From positions 372,001 to 436,000 of the forward strand of contig JAQGDQ010000133.1 in assembly GCA_030141605.1 (NCBI GenBank): a stretch of 64,000 bases of DNA, given 5' to 3'. A model generated the notes under the pieces. That model had not been told where the DNA came from. It did not search any database and saw only the letters and a program-made list of their open reading frames with translations. Shown here piece by piece: positions 45,101 to 56,800 of the stretch; position 1 is the stretch's first letter; each line of letters starts with the position of its first letter. The position numbers and the translations under genes are program-made. Source of the stretch: Tubiluchus corallicola. Lineage: Eukaryota; Animalia; Priapulida.

Positions 45101-46484
45101 GAACTGAGTGCGAAATAAGGGGAGCACACGTGACACAAAGACGATTTTTTGAACTTTATGGAAGAACAATGCTTTCTTATTCATTAAAGCAAGGGGTTTG
45201 ATAAGCCAAAAATTTGCCCAACACAGAAACAAATCCGGAAATTTAATAGGTTCTTGAGTTAAGAAAATAACTCTCTTATAGTTTTTAAGTAAAATACTAA
45301 TTAAGACATCCTCGATAATTTGCACAGTGATTATAGCAACTGTTCATTATTTTCCTGTTCAACACGTTACTACTGTCCAGTAGTAACATGTCTTAATAAA
45401 GTCCCAATGAATTTACGATTTTACAACAGGGATATACTGGAAGAGGAGTTTGCTCGGCACACTGGATACAACGAAGTGGGAGAATTGAATGATATCATAA
45501 TACTTTATCCACAAATTGTTCCCAATGAAGTTAATCTACCAGGATGCTGGGATTGGTACGGATTTACGGGACCTACACACGGTACGCTATATTATTCAAA
45601 GGGTAAATGGCTTTGATAAAAATGATTTTTTTTACCCGTAGGCTCAGAATTTCTAAGTGTTATTATCACAAACTTTATGTAAATCAAACTGTATCATCAG
45701 CTGCTCAACATTCGTTTGTCAACAGCGTAGTCAAGTACTGGAATTCTCTTCCTGAACACGTAAAAGCCGCCTCTAGTAAATTATTTAGTCAAAGATTAAT
45801 GAAAATCCACTTTTCAACACAACTGTATTTTTGTAGACACATGTAGGTAGTAATTTTACTCGTTGAGTCCCTCCCGTATCCATTTTAACCTGTCTCGTTT
45901 ATTATTGTCTCTTTTATTCTTTTATGCAATTAATATTTACTGCATCTATGGATATTTTAATAAATAAATGAATAATTAAATATGATGACAATGATGAAGA
46001 ATTTTTTGCTCTCAGATATTTGTCTCGAATATCTCAGAACAATTTTTTTCTGAGTACTTAGTGCTCACAAGTAAAATTACACTAGTGTTAAGCTTCTCAT
46101 CTCTTGCTGTGAAAAATCTCTTTGATACTGTACTGTTACCGTTACTGTTAGGCCTACTGTTACTTTTACGGCTGCTGTTTTTAATTAATTGTTACTGTTC
46201 CTGCTACTATTGCTGTTACTGTCACTGTTACTGACATTGCTGCTGTCTTTGTTACTTATGCTGTATTGTTACTGTTACTGTTACTGTCACTGTCACTGTT
46301 ACGGTTACTGTTATTTTGCTTAATGCCGAATTATTTATTATTCTTTGCAGCTACAAAAGAAGCGGTACAAATATCTACTGTTTTCAAAACTGTTCAAAGA
46401 GTTCTTCGCTCGAGGGATGTACCAGAAGAGGATATTCTTGATATTACTGAGGAAATACTCAGACGCTTCGATGATGAGCTGTAA
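39181..46484 (+). CDS. phaZ: Poly(3-hydroxybutyrate)/PHA depolymerase, extracellular type-II catalytic domain (alpha/beta hydrolase), 10 exons, 359 aa, with signal peptide and C-terminal DDEL
   Basis: Exons 39181-39265, 39719-39913, 40572-40694, 42671-42765, 43073-43183, 43622-43654, 44062-44170, 44548-44590, 45430-45581, 46351-46484; all GT-AG, 1080 nt open frame. Motifs VSVSGISSGAYMATQMHVAHS, GIVAGGPYYC, GTLDNRV, AAHTFPT, CKVHVAFHGCKQ, GYNEVGELNDIIILYPQ, GCWDWYG match fungal/bacterial type-II PHB depolymerases. Confidence 0.9.
41771..41860 (+). mobile_element. tRNA-related SINE head / tRNA pseudogene-like sequence
   Basis: A-box tagtctagcgg (41779-41789) and B-box agttcaaatcc (~41838-41848); acceptor stem does not pair. 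Confidence 0.5.
43331..43470. mobile_element. Two divergently oriented tRNA-derived SINE heads (43331-43388 minus; 43411-43470 plus)
   Basis: ctagtggtc.tag...gac.agtaatccaaag.ttcc..g.tcag is present on both strands ~22 nt apart. Confidence 0.6.
45630..45975 (+). mobile_element. LINE (CR1/L2-group) 3' fragment in PhaZ intron 9
   Basis: Translation SFVNSVVKYWNSLPEHVKAASS...FSQRL followed by an AT-rich 3'UTR and aataaatgaataa tail. Confidence 0.7.
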
Positions 46485-46878
46485 CTACTATTATATAATT
46501 CCATTAAGTTGATATAAACGTCGTTATTTGCAATAGAACCTTTAATGTTCTAATTTTGCAAGAAGCCTGCTTGTTAGTTTTACATATGCCGTCAAATTAG
46601 TACTTATTGACAGACAAACATCTTATTACATGTCTTCGGTTGTTTTGAAGAACTCTTTTGCACTTACAGTTACTAATATATTTTAATGCACCACTAAAAG
46701 TCCTAGTTCATGTGTGCTATGAATCCTAGCCTGAAGTAACGTAAAAGACCAGACCAAATACTAGGATAACATTTATTAACGATAGAATTCACAGCAAAAA
46801 AAACAGATAGAATAAAATACATTGACACAATAAGATAGTTGCAAGAACACTAAAATGTACAATCTATATATATACACA

Positions 46879-46888
46879 TGTGTGTGTG

Positions 46889-46972
<84 letters not shown>

Positions 46973-46990
46973 TGCGTGTGCGTGTGCGTA
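46879..46990. repeat. (GT)n/(GCGT)n microsatellite
   Basis: Direct reading. Confidence 0.95.
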
Positions 46991-47338
46991 TGTGTAGTTT
47001 CCTGCAAAAAATTCCTAGCATAAATAGGATTAGATGCGCAAAGGCTTCATTAAGGACTTGACGATTCCCTTCCAGGGGGTGACAACAAGGAAGCCTTCCC
47101 CAACGAGATTTTAGGACCTATTTGAAAATGGTTTGATAATTTTAATAAATAATTTCACAAACAAGTTCGACCCATACTATTGGTTGAGGAATTCACCAAA
47201 CTCCTGACAGTGGGCCTACAATCTGGCTAGATCTTTAATTTGTTCTAGAATATTCGTTCGCAAGCAGAATTCGTTTTAGTACATTCCGACAAAAAGTTTC
47301 GTGACAATTCGTTGTTAACTGGCGGAGCCTTGAGCTAT

Positions 47339-47900
47339 GGGCTTCATGTGCGCGTTAAGCGTGGTGTGTGATCCGTGATCTGTAATGCGTGATGCGTATT
47401 GACTGTTTCCGTGTGTTTGTTGTTCGTGAAAGTTGGAAGCCATGTCTCTGCCATCTAATTACATTATACGGGAAATATCATATCAACATTAATATCAATA
47501 AAGTAGTAACCGGAAAATTGTAAAAGAAACCATAGTTTTAGGTGCATAACATTTCGCAGGGCTAAGTACAATATGGCATGAATTGCCACTTAGACTAGCA
47601 ATTGCAACTAAATGGACAACATGATTAGACGCTTCTTCCACGTCTCAAAAACTCAAATGGAAGAAACATTACTGTGTATAGATCCTGAAGTGACCAAAAC
47701 TCACCTAACCACGAAGCCAATCAGCGAAAATGGTCACAGGAAAATTGAAAGCTCGCTAAATTACCTAGGTAACAGCAATTCCCTGACTGCTAGTAGTATA
47801 GTACATGTCCAGTTAAATACAAACTGTTATATACGCGCAGCGTATCATGGATCACGCACAGCACATGATGGATCACGCACAACGCGTTACTTGGGGACCT
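47339..47900 (+). mobile_element. PIF/Harbinger transposon deletion derivative with transposase relic
   Basis: ORF 47612..47902 reads RRFFHVSKTQMEETLLCIDPEVTK...KPISENGHRKIESSLNYLGNSNS, resembling the Harbinger transposase N-terminal motif (FRMS...LL..I.P.I.K...PIS..ERL..TLRYLATG.S). Imperfect inverted ends with gtgatccgtg / catggatcac repeats. Confidence 0.65.
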
Positions 47901-48726
47901 GACATTAGGCTATTTTCGGTAGTGGTGTTAGTATATTCGAAAATTATTCTAGTTGAAGTTCCATGACGATCCATAGCAAATTCACAAGCCTTCGGCTTTT
48001 TTCAAGTCATCTTCCAACCAGAACAACATCCAGACGACCAAAATATTTTTGAAACACTGAGCCACTACAACAAAATGTTATTTATTTTTTTGAAAATTTT
48101 TAAAAATGTTGTGAAAATGGTGTGTTTGCTAGACTGTTGCAGTATATTAGTGCCAATCACATTTTCAACAGCAGGTACGCACTTGCATCTGTGTAAGTAG
48201 GTGCTAAGATCACTTAATGCAGAAATATTTTATACGAAACAGTAATTAACATTGACGTGTCGATAACTGCTTAAAAACTAAAACTCGTTTCACCATAAAG
48301 CTAATGCGTTTTACTGCAAGCCCATAACGCTGCCAATGCACTAAATGAAGGTAAGCGTAAGCTCTATTATTAATTCCCGTGCAATCTCATGTACACTGAC
48401 AAGTCACAGAGCTGAAGTATTATAGCGGTATAAGCCGAAATTCCATATTTTTGTCATTCAAATATTCCATTATTCGCCTTCGCGTTTGCGTGAATTGGTT
48501 CTTTCAGAAATTTTCAATAAAAATATTTAACATTTTATTAGCAGTAATATCACAAATGTGAGTAACCAAGAGGAATGTATTCTCCAGATTAAAGCTTCGT
48601 GGTGCTTCTTACTTCCCAGACTTCAGTGTTTTTTGTCAAATAGCCAGATGGAATGAACTTACTGCAGATGCAGTTACTGAATTTTTGAAACCTAACGCGA
48701 ACGAAAGAAAGTAAATGTGAAAATGC

Positions 48727-48786
48727 TGGGGCTGAGCTTGGATTTGAACCAGCGGCATTTGATTACAGTCTAGCACTTTCCTACCA
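48727..48786 (-). mobile_element. tRNA-derived SINE head
   Basis: Reverse complement reads ...ctagactgtaatcaaatgccgctggttcaaatccaagctcagcccc, with a GTA anticodon-like loop and B-box. Confidence 0.55.
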
Positions 48787-50519
48787 GTGGCGGTTTGGGC
48801 AATTTTTTACTTCTATCCGTACTAGTGGCTGCTAGTGGCAACATAAAGGTGACACAGAAAATTGCATGAAAGAATATATAATTGCACAACTGTTTCCCTG
48901 CGCAATTTAAAATATAAACGGGCTTTTGCCGTTACCTTTTACCGAACAAATGTGGACGTAGCTTTACTACTTCCCCAGAAAAACGCGAACACCATGTTGT
49001 AGTAAACAGTTCTAAATGAAAGCAAGAATGCCCATAAAACCATAGATAGATATAGATAACAATAACAATGGCGGTGGTAATGGCGACGATTTTGTACAAA
49101 AACCACTGTAAAACAGCTAAAGCCCACACAGAATAAAAGCCCACATAGAGTAAAGCCCATACAGAGTACTGAAATGTTGGCAATGGTGTCTGCAACAGCA
49201 ATGATGACGATGAATATGACGATGATACAAATCACGAATCAACTACAGTTCTTCTAATAATAACATTGTGTCATACTGCAATAACCAAGCTTCGGCTGGT
49301 AAGCTAAGAATTATTTCAGTAACCACAAGAGAAATTTATGGCTGCTGAAAATAATTTTGCAAAACCACGAGTGTAATAGATAATTCGGAATCAATCTACT
49401 TTGGGACTATTACTGAATTTAATCTAAAATAAAAGTTGCCCAGCGTATTCAATACAGCGATAGAATTTGCTCTAAATAATTAATAAATAACTTTTGTTAC
49501 AGTTTTCTCTTGATGCTTTCACCACTCGCTAATCGGCTTTTCTTTTATTAATGAATTGTAGATCCAGTAACCTGGGTCCATGAGCGTGCTGTCTGATTGG
49601 GCAACACATTTACAACATGAATTTTCCGTGCTAAGCTGTAACTGTTTGTAAACATCTGCCGCGCAATGGGTACCCACTTGTGTGGTAGCAATAAAAGATT
49701 AAAAGAAGGCGACAAAGTTTCTTAATAATGATAATACTTGAACTGCCAGTCTCTCTCTCACACACACTTTCTCTTGTCTCCCATTTTTTCTCTTCTGTCA
49801 TTCTTCTCTTCCTGCCTTTCTTTTTTTCTTCTTTCTTCTTTCATTCATTCTCTCTTGGTTGCTTTTTTCCATTCTTTCCCGTTCCATTTCGTCAGGCTGA
49901 ATAAGAGTGAGAATTTTATATGCAAGAGCATTTTAAACAGCGTGCAAACTTGACTTCTGTAATTAGACGTCATTGGCGCAGTTTTTGTATCGTTAACTGT
50001 TATTTGTGTTAGTGTTGTGTGTCATAATTTTTTGTATTATTTCTATTAATTTGTGATGTGTATATGAACTTCGTAAAGTCTGAAATAAAATATTAAATCT
50101 AAATATAAAAAATCTAAATCTCTCTCTTTCTTTCTCTCTAAGTCTTTGTTTTTGCATTCTTTTCACTTTCTCTCTCTCCTCTCTCTCCCTCTCTCTCTCT
50201 CTCTCTTTCTCTTTCTCTCTCTCTATTTATTTCTTCCTCCCAGTTTCTCTCTTTCTTTACTTTCCTTGTTCCTCTAACGCTGCACGAATCTTGCTCACTT
50301 GGCACACTCCTCGAACTCCTGATTGTTGAGCTTCAATTACTTCAACTGGCCAACTAGATTATTAGGTCAATTGCTCCTTCGCTTTATTTGAGCACGTACG
50401 TTAGTCCCGGGTTGCGCTTGGATTCACCAATTTCTGCAACACAGGTGGGCTGACGAAGTAATAACACATGCTTTTTGGGTTACAGTTTCGTCAATAGCTC
50501 TTGATCGCATGAGCAAGAC

Positions 50520-51555
50520 AAATGTAGGTAAAAAAGGCACAGGTAAAAAGGTACAGGAAAAAATGGCACGGTAGAAACGGCACACGAAAAAATGGCACAA
50601 GAAAAATGGCACAAATGGAAAAGTAGGTAAAATGGCACAGGTAAAAACGCGGTAAAAATCGCACACTTAGTAAAATATGAGCTTAGGGTTAGGTTATTGT
50701 TGGGATAATTATTTTAGTTATTTTTATCTCAGTCAAGGAAGTTACGCTTCACCACAGTTTGTTTGTTTGTTTGTTTGGCTGTTTTTGTCTGTTATGGGAG
50801 TAAGCTTATTACGCAAAAACTGCCTAACAGACGTCCGCGAAACTTTGTGTGAGAAGGCGTTTATAGGGTGCCGAAATGGGCGTTTTCTTCCGTTCTTTTT
50901 TCGCAAAACTTGACTAAACGCACAAAAAAACATTCGTGAAGCACTCCGTAGACTCCCTCAGAGATTAGTACTTCTTTTCTATTATCTCCACCAGGACAAA
51001 CAACTACGAGTTAGTTCCAGGTTCCATTTCGAGAAATTCTCGCTTGGAAAACTGTGTAACGCAATAACCTTTGCTTATTAATTGTGCATAGCCTCCTCAT
51101 AAGCTGACTTGATACGTAAATACGTATATATGTCAATCTATTACCATCGCCAAAATTAACGGTTCTAGAAAGAGAAATACGCGCTATGTAGAATATTCGT
51201 GAATTGTTGATTATAATTGTATTTAATGAACAATACAACTGCTAGTCTACATAATAACAATACCGGTACATTTGTGTATGTTTGGTTGTTTTTTAATCAA
51301 AAGAATCAGACGAATAAGTTTAGGATTGATGGGCTTTAGCAGAGATTTGCTTCCTACTGAATGCACTCTAGTTATATTACACAAATCAATTGCACCAAAG
51401 TAACATGTGCCATATTTTTTCTTGTACTATTTTACCTACTTTTTCGTTTGTGCCGTTTTTTCCTGTAACATTTTTTATGTCATTTTTTATTGTGCCATTT
51501 TTACCGTGCCATTTTTCCTGTGTCATTTTTGCCGTGCCATTTCTTCCGCGCACCG
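50520..51555. mobile_element. Non-autonomous element with AAAAATGGCAC-repeat inverted arms (copy 2)
   Basis: Left arm 50520-50670 (aaaaatggcac repeats) and right arm 51405-51550 (gtgccattttt repeats); the interior aligns with 18800-19480. A miniature version lies at ~20808-20862. Confidence 0.75.
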
Positions 51556-53806
51556 AACAAAAAACATCTCCGCCTTCGTTAGGAATAAAAAGTGAAACTG
51601 TTATCTGTATTAGCAGAACCTTTTGTCTTATTATCTTATTTAACTCCGAACTATACACACCAAAGGTAACCTTAGATGACTTCCAACGTCAGTCATACAG
51701 AAACTCTAGCAAAAACTTGCACCAAGAAAACTAGCGACGTACCATGGAGAAAACAATCGAAAAAGTCAGTTTATGGGAAATACTATTAGATTTCCTCATT
51801 GAAAAGAATTTTTAGTTAATAACTGAAACCTGTCGAAAAGTTTCTTGGTGGACAAATTAGCACTTAAAATGCATAGAGGTAACATTCCAATATTTAAGCA
51901 ACACTAGCGTCGTGTTGCTTAAATCTTAAATCTTAAATCTTAACACAAATCTTTAATACACCAGCACATGTTGAAAGAGACACAATTTATTCATTAAGAG
52001 GTGGTCAGAGCAGTGTCCGCAGATCCCTACTAGATAAATAAATGGAACTGTAGAGACTACAACAGCTTAAATTAAAGATGCCGTTAATGTTTAATGTGTG
52101 AAAACAGCATTGCAAGAAACTAAACGACCATAGAAGTTCCTTGAAAGAACCCTGCAAAAAATTCTCCCACCGTCTCGAGTTTCTCTCGTTGAGCCGGTCG
52201 AGTAAACATGAAACAAACTGATTATAACGAGTCTACTAAAATAGACCGTCATTAGTTAAATCGATGAAATCAAATCTCAATAGAACCTTAGCCCAAATGG
52301 AATTCTTTAAATGATCTAGCAGATCTTATCAGGGTTCTTCAGAAGTTTGCATGTGTTAATCCAGCTTTGAACAAATTCCTGTACAATTCTAAACACATTT
52401 CCCGTTTTACTTTTCATATCAAAACTACCACTCGTCAATTTTTTGCCTTGAAGAAAATGCGTTAGTTGATAAATTAGTTTAATTAGACAAAATTCATAGT
52501 TTCAAAATAGGTTATTTTTGTACCTTCTGTTGACAGTGTGAACGTTAAAAGTTTGACGCGGTTTTTGAAATCATTAAAAAGACATTATGATGCCATTAAA
52601 AAACCAAAACAGTGATTAAGCAAAAAAATCACAGAGACTGAGATTGTCTTAGAAAAGTGGTGGTTTCTTCATTGTCACAATGTCTTTCTTTAATAACCTC
52701 TGAAATGTTGAAAACATTTTTCTTGTGTATTCGCCGTACGCATTCACGGGTCAAACCTTTTAAAATCTCAAAAAGCTGACATGGATATCAATAAAACTGC
52801 ACATTTCTTTTGCCACATAAACTTCTACAAGTTCTATAGGCTAAACCTAATAATATAAAGAACAACACAAACACTGACATAACAACAAACAGTGCCACTT
52901 CTGAAACAGTAGCTGCTGCAAACGGGAAATTCTTAAAAATTAAAACTAATGTCTAACTGACCGGGTACATAAGGAACTGCCTGGGCCGAGAACCTTTTGA
53001 AATATCAACTGTTCACATGTTTCTAAACATTTATTAGTTTGAAAACACAAAGTAAAGACTTTAAAGGTAAGCAGTGACAATTTCTAACCGATTTTTGAAA
53101 TTGTAACGCATTTGCTGCACACAGAAATTTACACATGAATGATAGGGTTCATGGATTTTTTATCGGCCCATAAATTGCAGTTACACCACTGAGCAGAAAC
53201 TGCCACCGCGAAAGACGAAAACTAAATTCCATGTGTTTTCCCAAATTATCTATCATGGAACACTTCTTCCGAGGCCACGCGTGCTTTCTGTTACGCTTTT
53301 TATATCAACAATCAAACCACGGATATGTTTTCGTTGCTAATCGCGCATTCTAAGCGTCGGGCTTCAGCACTTCGTCTAACGGCGGTACGCATGCGCAAAC
53401 TCCAGGAAGCATGGTGTCTGGTATAATTCAGACTGACTAGAGCGCGTCTGAAGGATGTTGGTAGTGATGACAAGTGACGCGCAATTAGTTTCCTCCCTCC
53501 TCGCAAAACTTGATTTTTTTAGGTTTTCGAACTCTATCAGTTAACTACCTGTAAGGAACCTAAATCAGTTGTGAAGTGGATTAGCAACATTCTTTAACGA
53601 GCAATTGCGCTTGGTGGAACTAATTCAATTGAAGTTTGCGTTTCAATGATTCTTTGTAGGCTTAGTTACACAATGGTTCAAGTCTAAAACCAGGGCTTAG
53701 CAACACACCTTTGTAACAGTGTCTACTAACTTCCACTAGTTTCCAGTGAAGAAAACGTGATCACAAATAAAAAGTGTGCAATTAAAAAGTTTTATTTTTT
53801 GTGAAA

Positions 53807-56800
53807 ATGTGCGTCCCAGATGAAACAACGGACTGTGGTTACAACAATATATCAGCTGATGAGGCTCTATCTGATGAAGGGGTATCAGCATTCGAGCCTG
53901 TATATTTCACCTTCATTGTTACATGTATTGCTATGATTGTGCTCACTAATATACTTGTGATAATAAGTATAAGTGCATTTGATTTTCTACACACAGTTAC
54001 AAATAAGTAAGTATTCATATAGTGGCCAGCTTCACGTTTTATTGATTAGCTATAAGTATTAGGTCTCCGAGTTTCTTCTTTTTTTATTCAATTCTTTCTT
54101 ATTTTTGGCTTTTTCTTCTTTTAATTTCACTTCGATTTAGGATATTCCTATCTGTGCAGCAGTTTTACAAACAAGCGTTCAACATTTATACCATAAATAA
54201 AAACCGCAATTTTCTCTCGTCCGCCCTCTCACGCTTCAACTTTCTTAAAAAAATGTCTGGCTACCGGCAAGAGTGTAAACGGTTTGTTGTAGGTATTAGT
54301 TATAAAGCAATTGTCACAGGTGCTCAGTCGTGTTGGAGTGTCTGTGTTTTTTCCAAGACTAGACTTGGTCTTCTTCGTTTTCTTGGAATTTGTATCTGCA
54401 ACAAACATACAGTTGTAAAGCTTGTAACCACAATTTCTCTCTCTCTCTTTCTCTCTCTATATATATATATTCCTCCCTGCCCTCTCTCTTTCTCTTTCTT
54501 TCTCTCTCTGTCTGTCTATCTGTCTGGCTCACCTACCTACCTACCTAACTTGTTTATAAAGTGTTTAGCGATGTATTTTTATTATTTAAATTTCCTGATA
54601 ATTATTAAAATTACAACATAAAATCAGAAAAAAGCAGAAATTCGGATGACAGTGTCCACGCACGGATTATTGTCAACACCTCACATAAACCAATATCATG
54701 ATCAGAGCTTATTTATTTATTTTAATAAGGTACTATGTGTTACCGTTTTCCATTAATAACAAAAAAAAACAATCGCCAATGAATAGGCATAACGCTTTAA
54801 TGTCAGCTTCAAACAGTTGACTTACAGATGAAAATACTAAATTGTGATCAGTGCTCTTTGTGTACAAAATAGCACCGCGTAAAGTATACCATTACAGTTG
54901 GAGAACGCCCGTTGTGTAATATGGGATCGAATTGATAATGATCATAGAAAATTGCTACTGGAATTTATAAATGGCTGCAATGGAGAATGTCAAATTATAG
55001 TACCGGCAGACGATACTTTTAAATCTGCAGCAGGTAGCAGCAAAATTGATATTATCAAGACGTCTCGATGTTTTCTCGCACGGAATGTCAGGAAACGAGT
55101 TGATAAGGAACAGAACTTTTTAAACAAGCGCCATTAATGGGTCATTACCCGGCTATAAGCAGCCTGAAACTAGGCAAAAAACACGCAGCAGTCAGCAAGT
55201 ATTCGATTTCAGTGCAATAACTGTCGCGAATGGTCAAGTGCTTTACAACAACATATACAGGATGATTTCCATAACGTGTAGCCAAAAATTTAGGAAAATA
55301 ATGAATATGTAGTATAGCCTTTTCTACTGGAAAAAAATCCAGCCTGTAAACAATCCTTAAAAAAGAAAATCATATCACAGCACAGAAAGTTTACTGGATC
55401 GCTACGTTAACACAACTATTAAACATTGTTAGAGAAACAAGGAAAACACGTTTACTTTCTAACTTTACTTCCTAATAACGCGGCATACTTCGACGCAAAA
55501 GTACAGCTTGACGAAACATTACAATATGAAGTACAGAATTGGATAAATTAGAAAAGAAGGAACTTAAAGAGCAGATAAGAAAGGGATTTCTGAATAAAGT
55601 ACTAGACAAATGTTTGAAAGCAGGCAGGAAAATGACATAGAAATGCTGACAAAGCAAGGCAAAAATTACATATCAAAAGACGACAGTGCGAACATTTTTA
55701 GTGGTAGACATATCGACGATACAGCATTTAATAATGGATGGTCCCACAATGTGGAATTAGAAAAAGATCAAGAATGCCACAATAATGACCCTGAAGATCA
55801 ATGATACAATTAAGTGCATCTACAAGGCAGAAATTAAATAAAGCAATTAAATAGCCAAAAAACAGTAACAAGTGTTTAGATGGGGATACAGATGGATGTC
55901 ATCCTCCATTTTTTCATTTATTTATTAAATCTCGTTTATTTTTAAAATACCAGAGGATTATTTTAAAAACTTTAATACTGAAGCTCGTGGGATTTAGCTA
56001 ATATATTCCATCTAAGAAAGTGCTGGCCTTGGAATAAATCAAAAGTTCTTTAAGTGTAAAACTTTATTTTCTTTAAGTAACGAAGCAAAATAAACTGCAA
56101 TGACCCAGACAATTACAGATTTACTAAATGGTTTAATGAAATCATTTCTTGAAAACAGAAAAGTCAACATTAAAGTAAAAAACTATGTATCACCAACTTA
56201 ATTGCTGTGACATGCGTCTGTCTCAGGAGTCCGCGTTATCTTCAGTATTGTTTCCGGTCCATGTAGCAGATATTTTAGCTGAAATACAAAAGAACGAAAC
56301 TGTCAAAAAGTACGTAATAGGCAGATGACAGCTCGGTACTGGTAGGAGCAGAATCTGTATGTGAAACCTATAAAGCAGCACAACATCTATGTGATAAAGC
56401 TTTTGAATGCTGTAATAAATAGCCAACAAGTATAAATTGTCAGCAAATAAAACACAGGCCATTATATTTAAGAGTACACAAAAATCCAAGTGGGAACCGA
56501 ATCCTCCAAATAAAGTTTGGAAATAATGAAATGATACATGCGTCTGCTAGCAAGGTAATCGGCTGACTATTGATAACAAAATGTGTTCTGAATCTCATGT
56601 CTTACACGTTAGACGTAGAGCCTGGAACAAGTGGCACACAATAGTTATTAAGAACTTGAGCTGTAGTCATGACTTTCAATTGGCAACAACAATTAATTTG
56701 TGCAAAATTATCATGTTACTAATAAAATTTTACATGCCGATTACCTGGATTGGAGAGAGACTTAACTCGCTCGATTACGTACTTTATGACATTCAAGTAC

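Noticed and set aside
39181-46484. Bacterial contamination as the source of the PhaZ gene
   Set aside because: Nine spliceosomal introns containing the same repeat families as the rest of the window.
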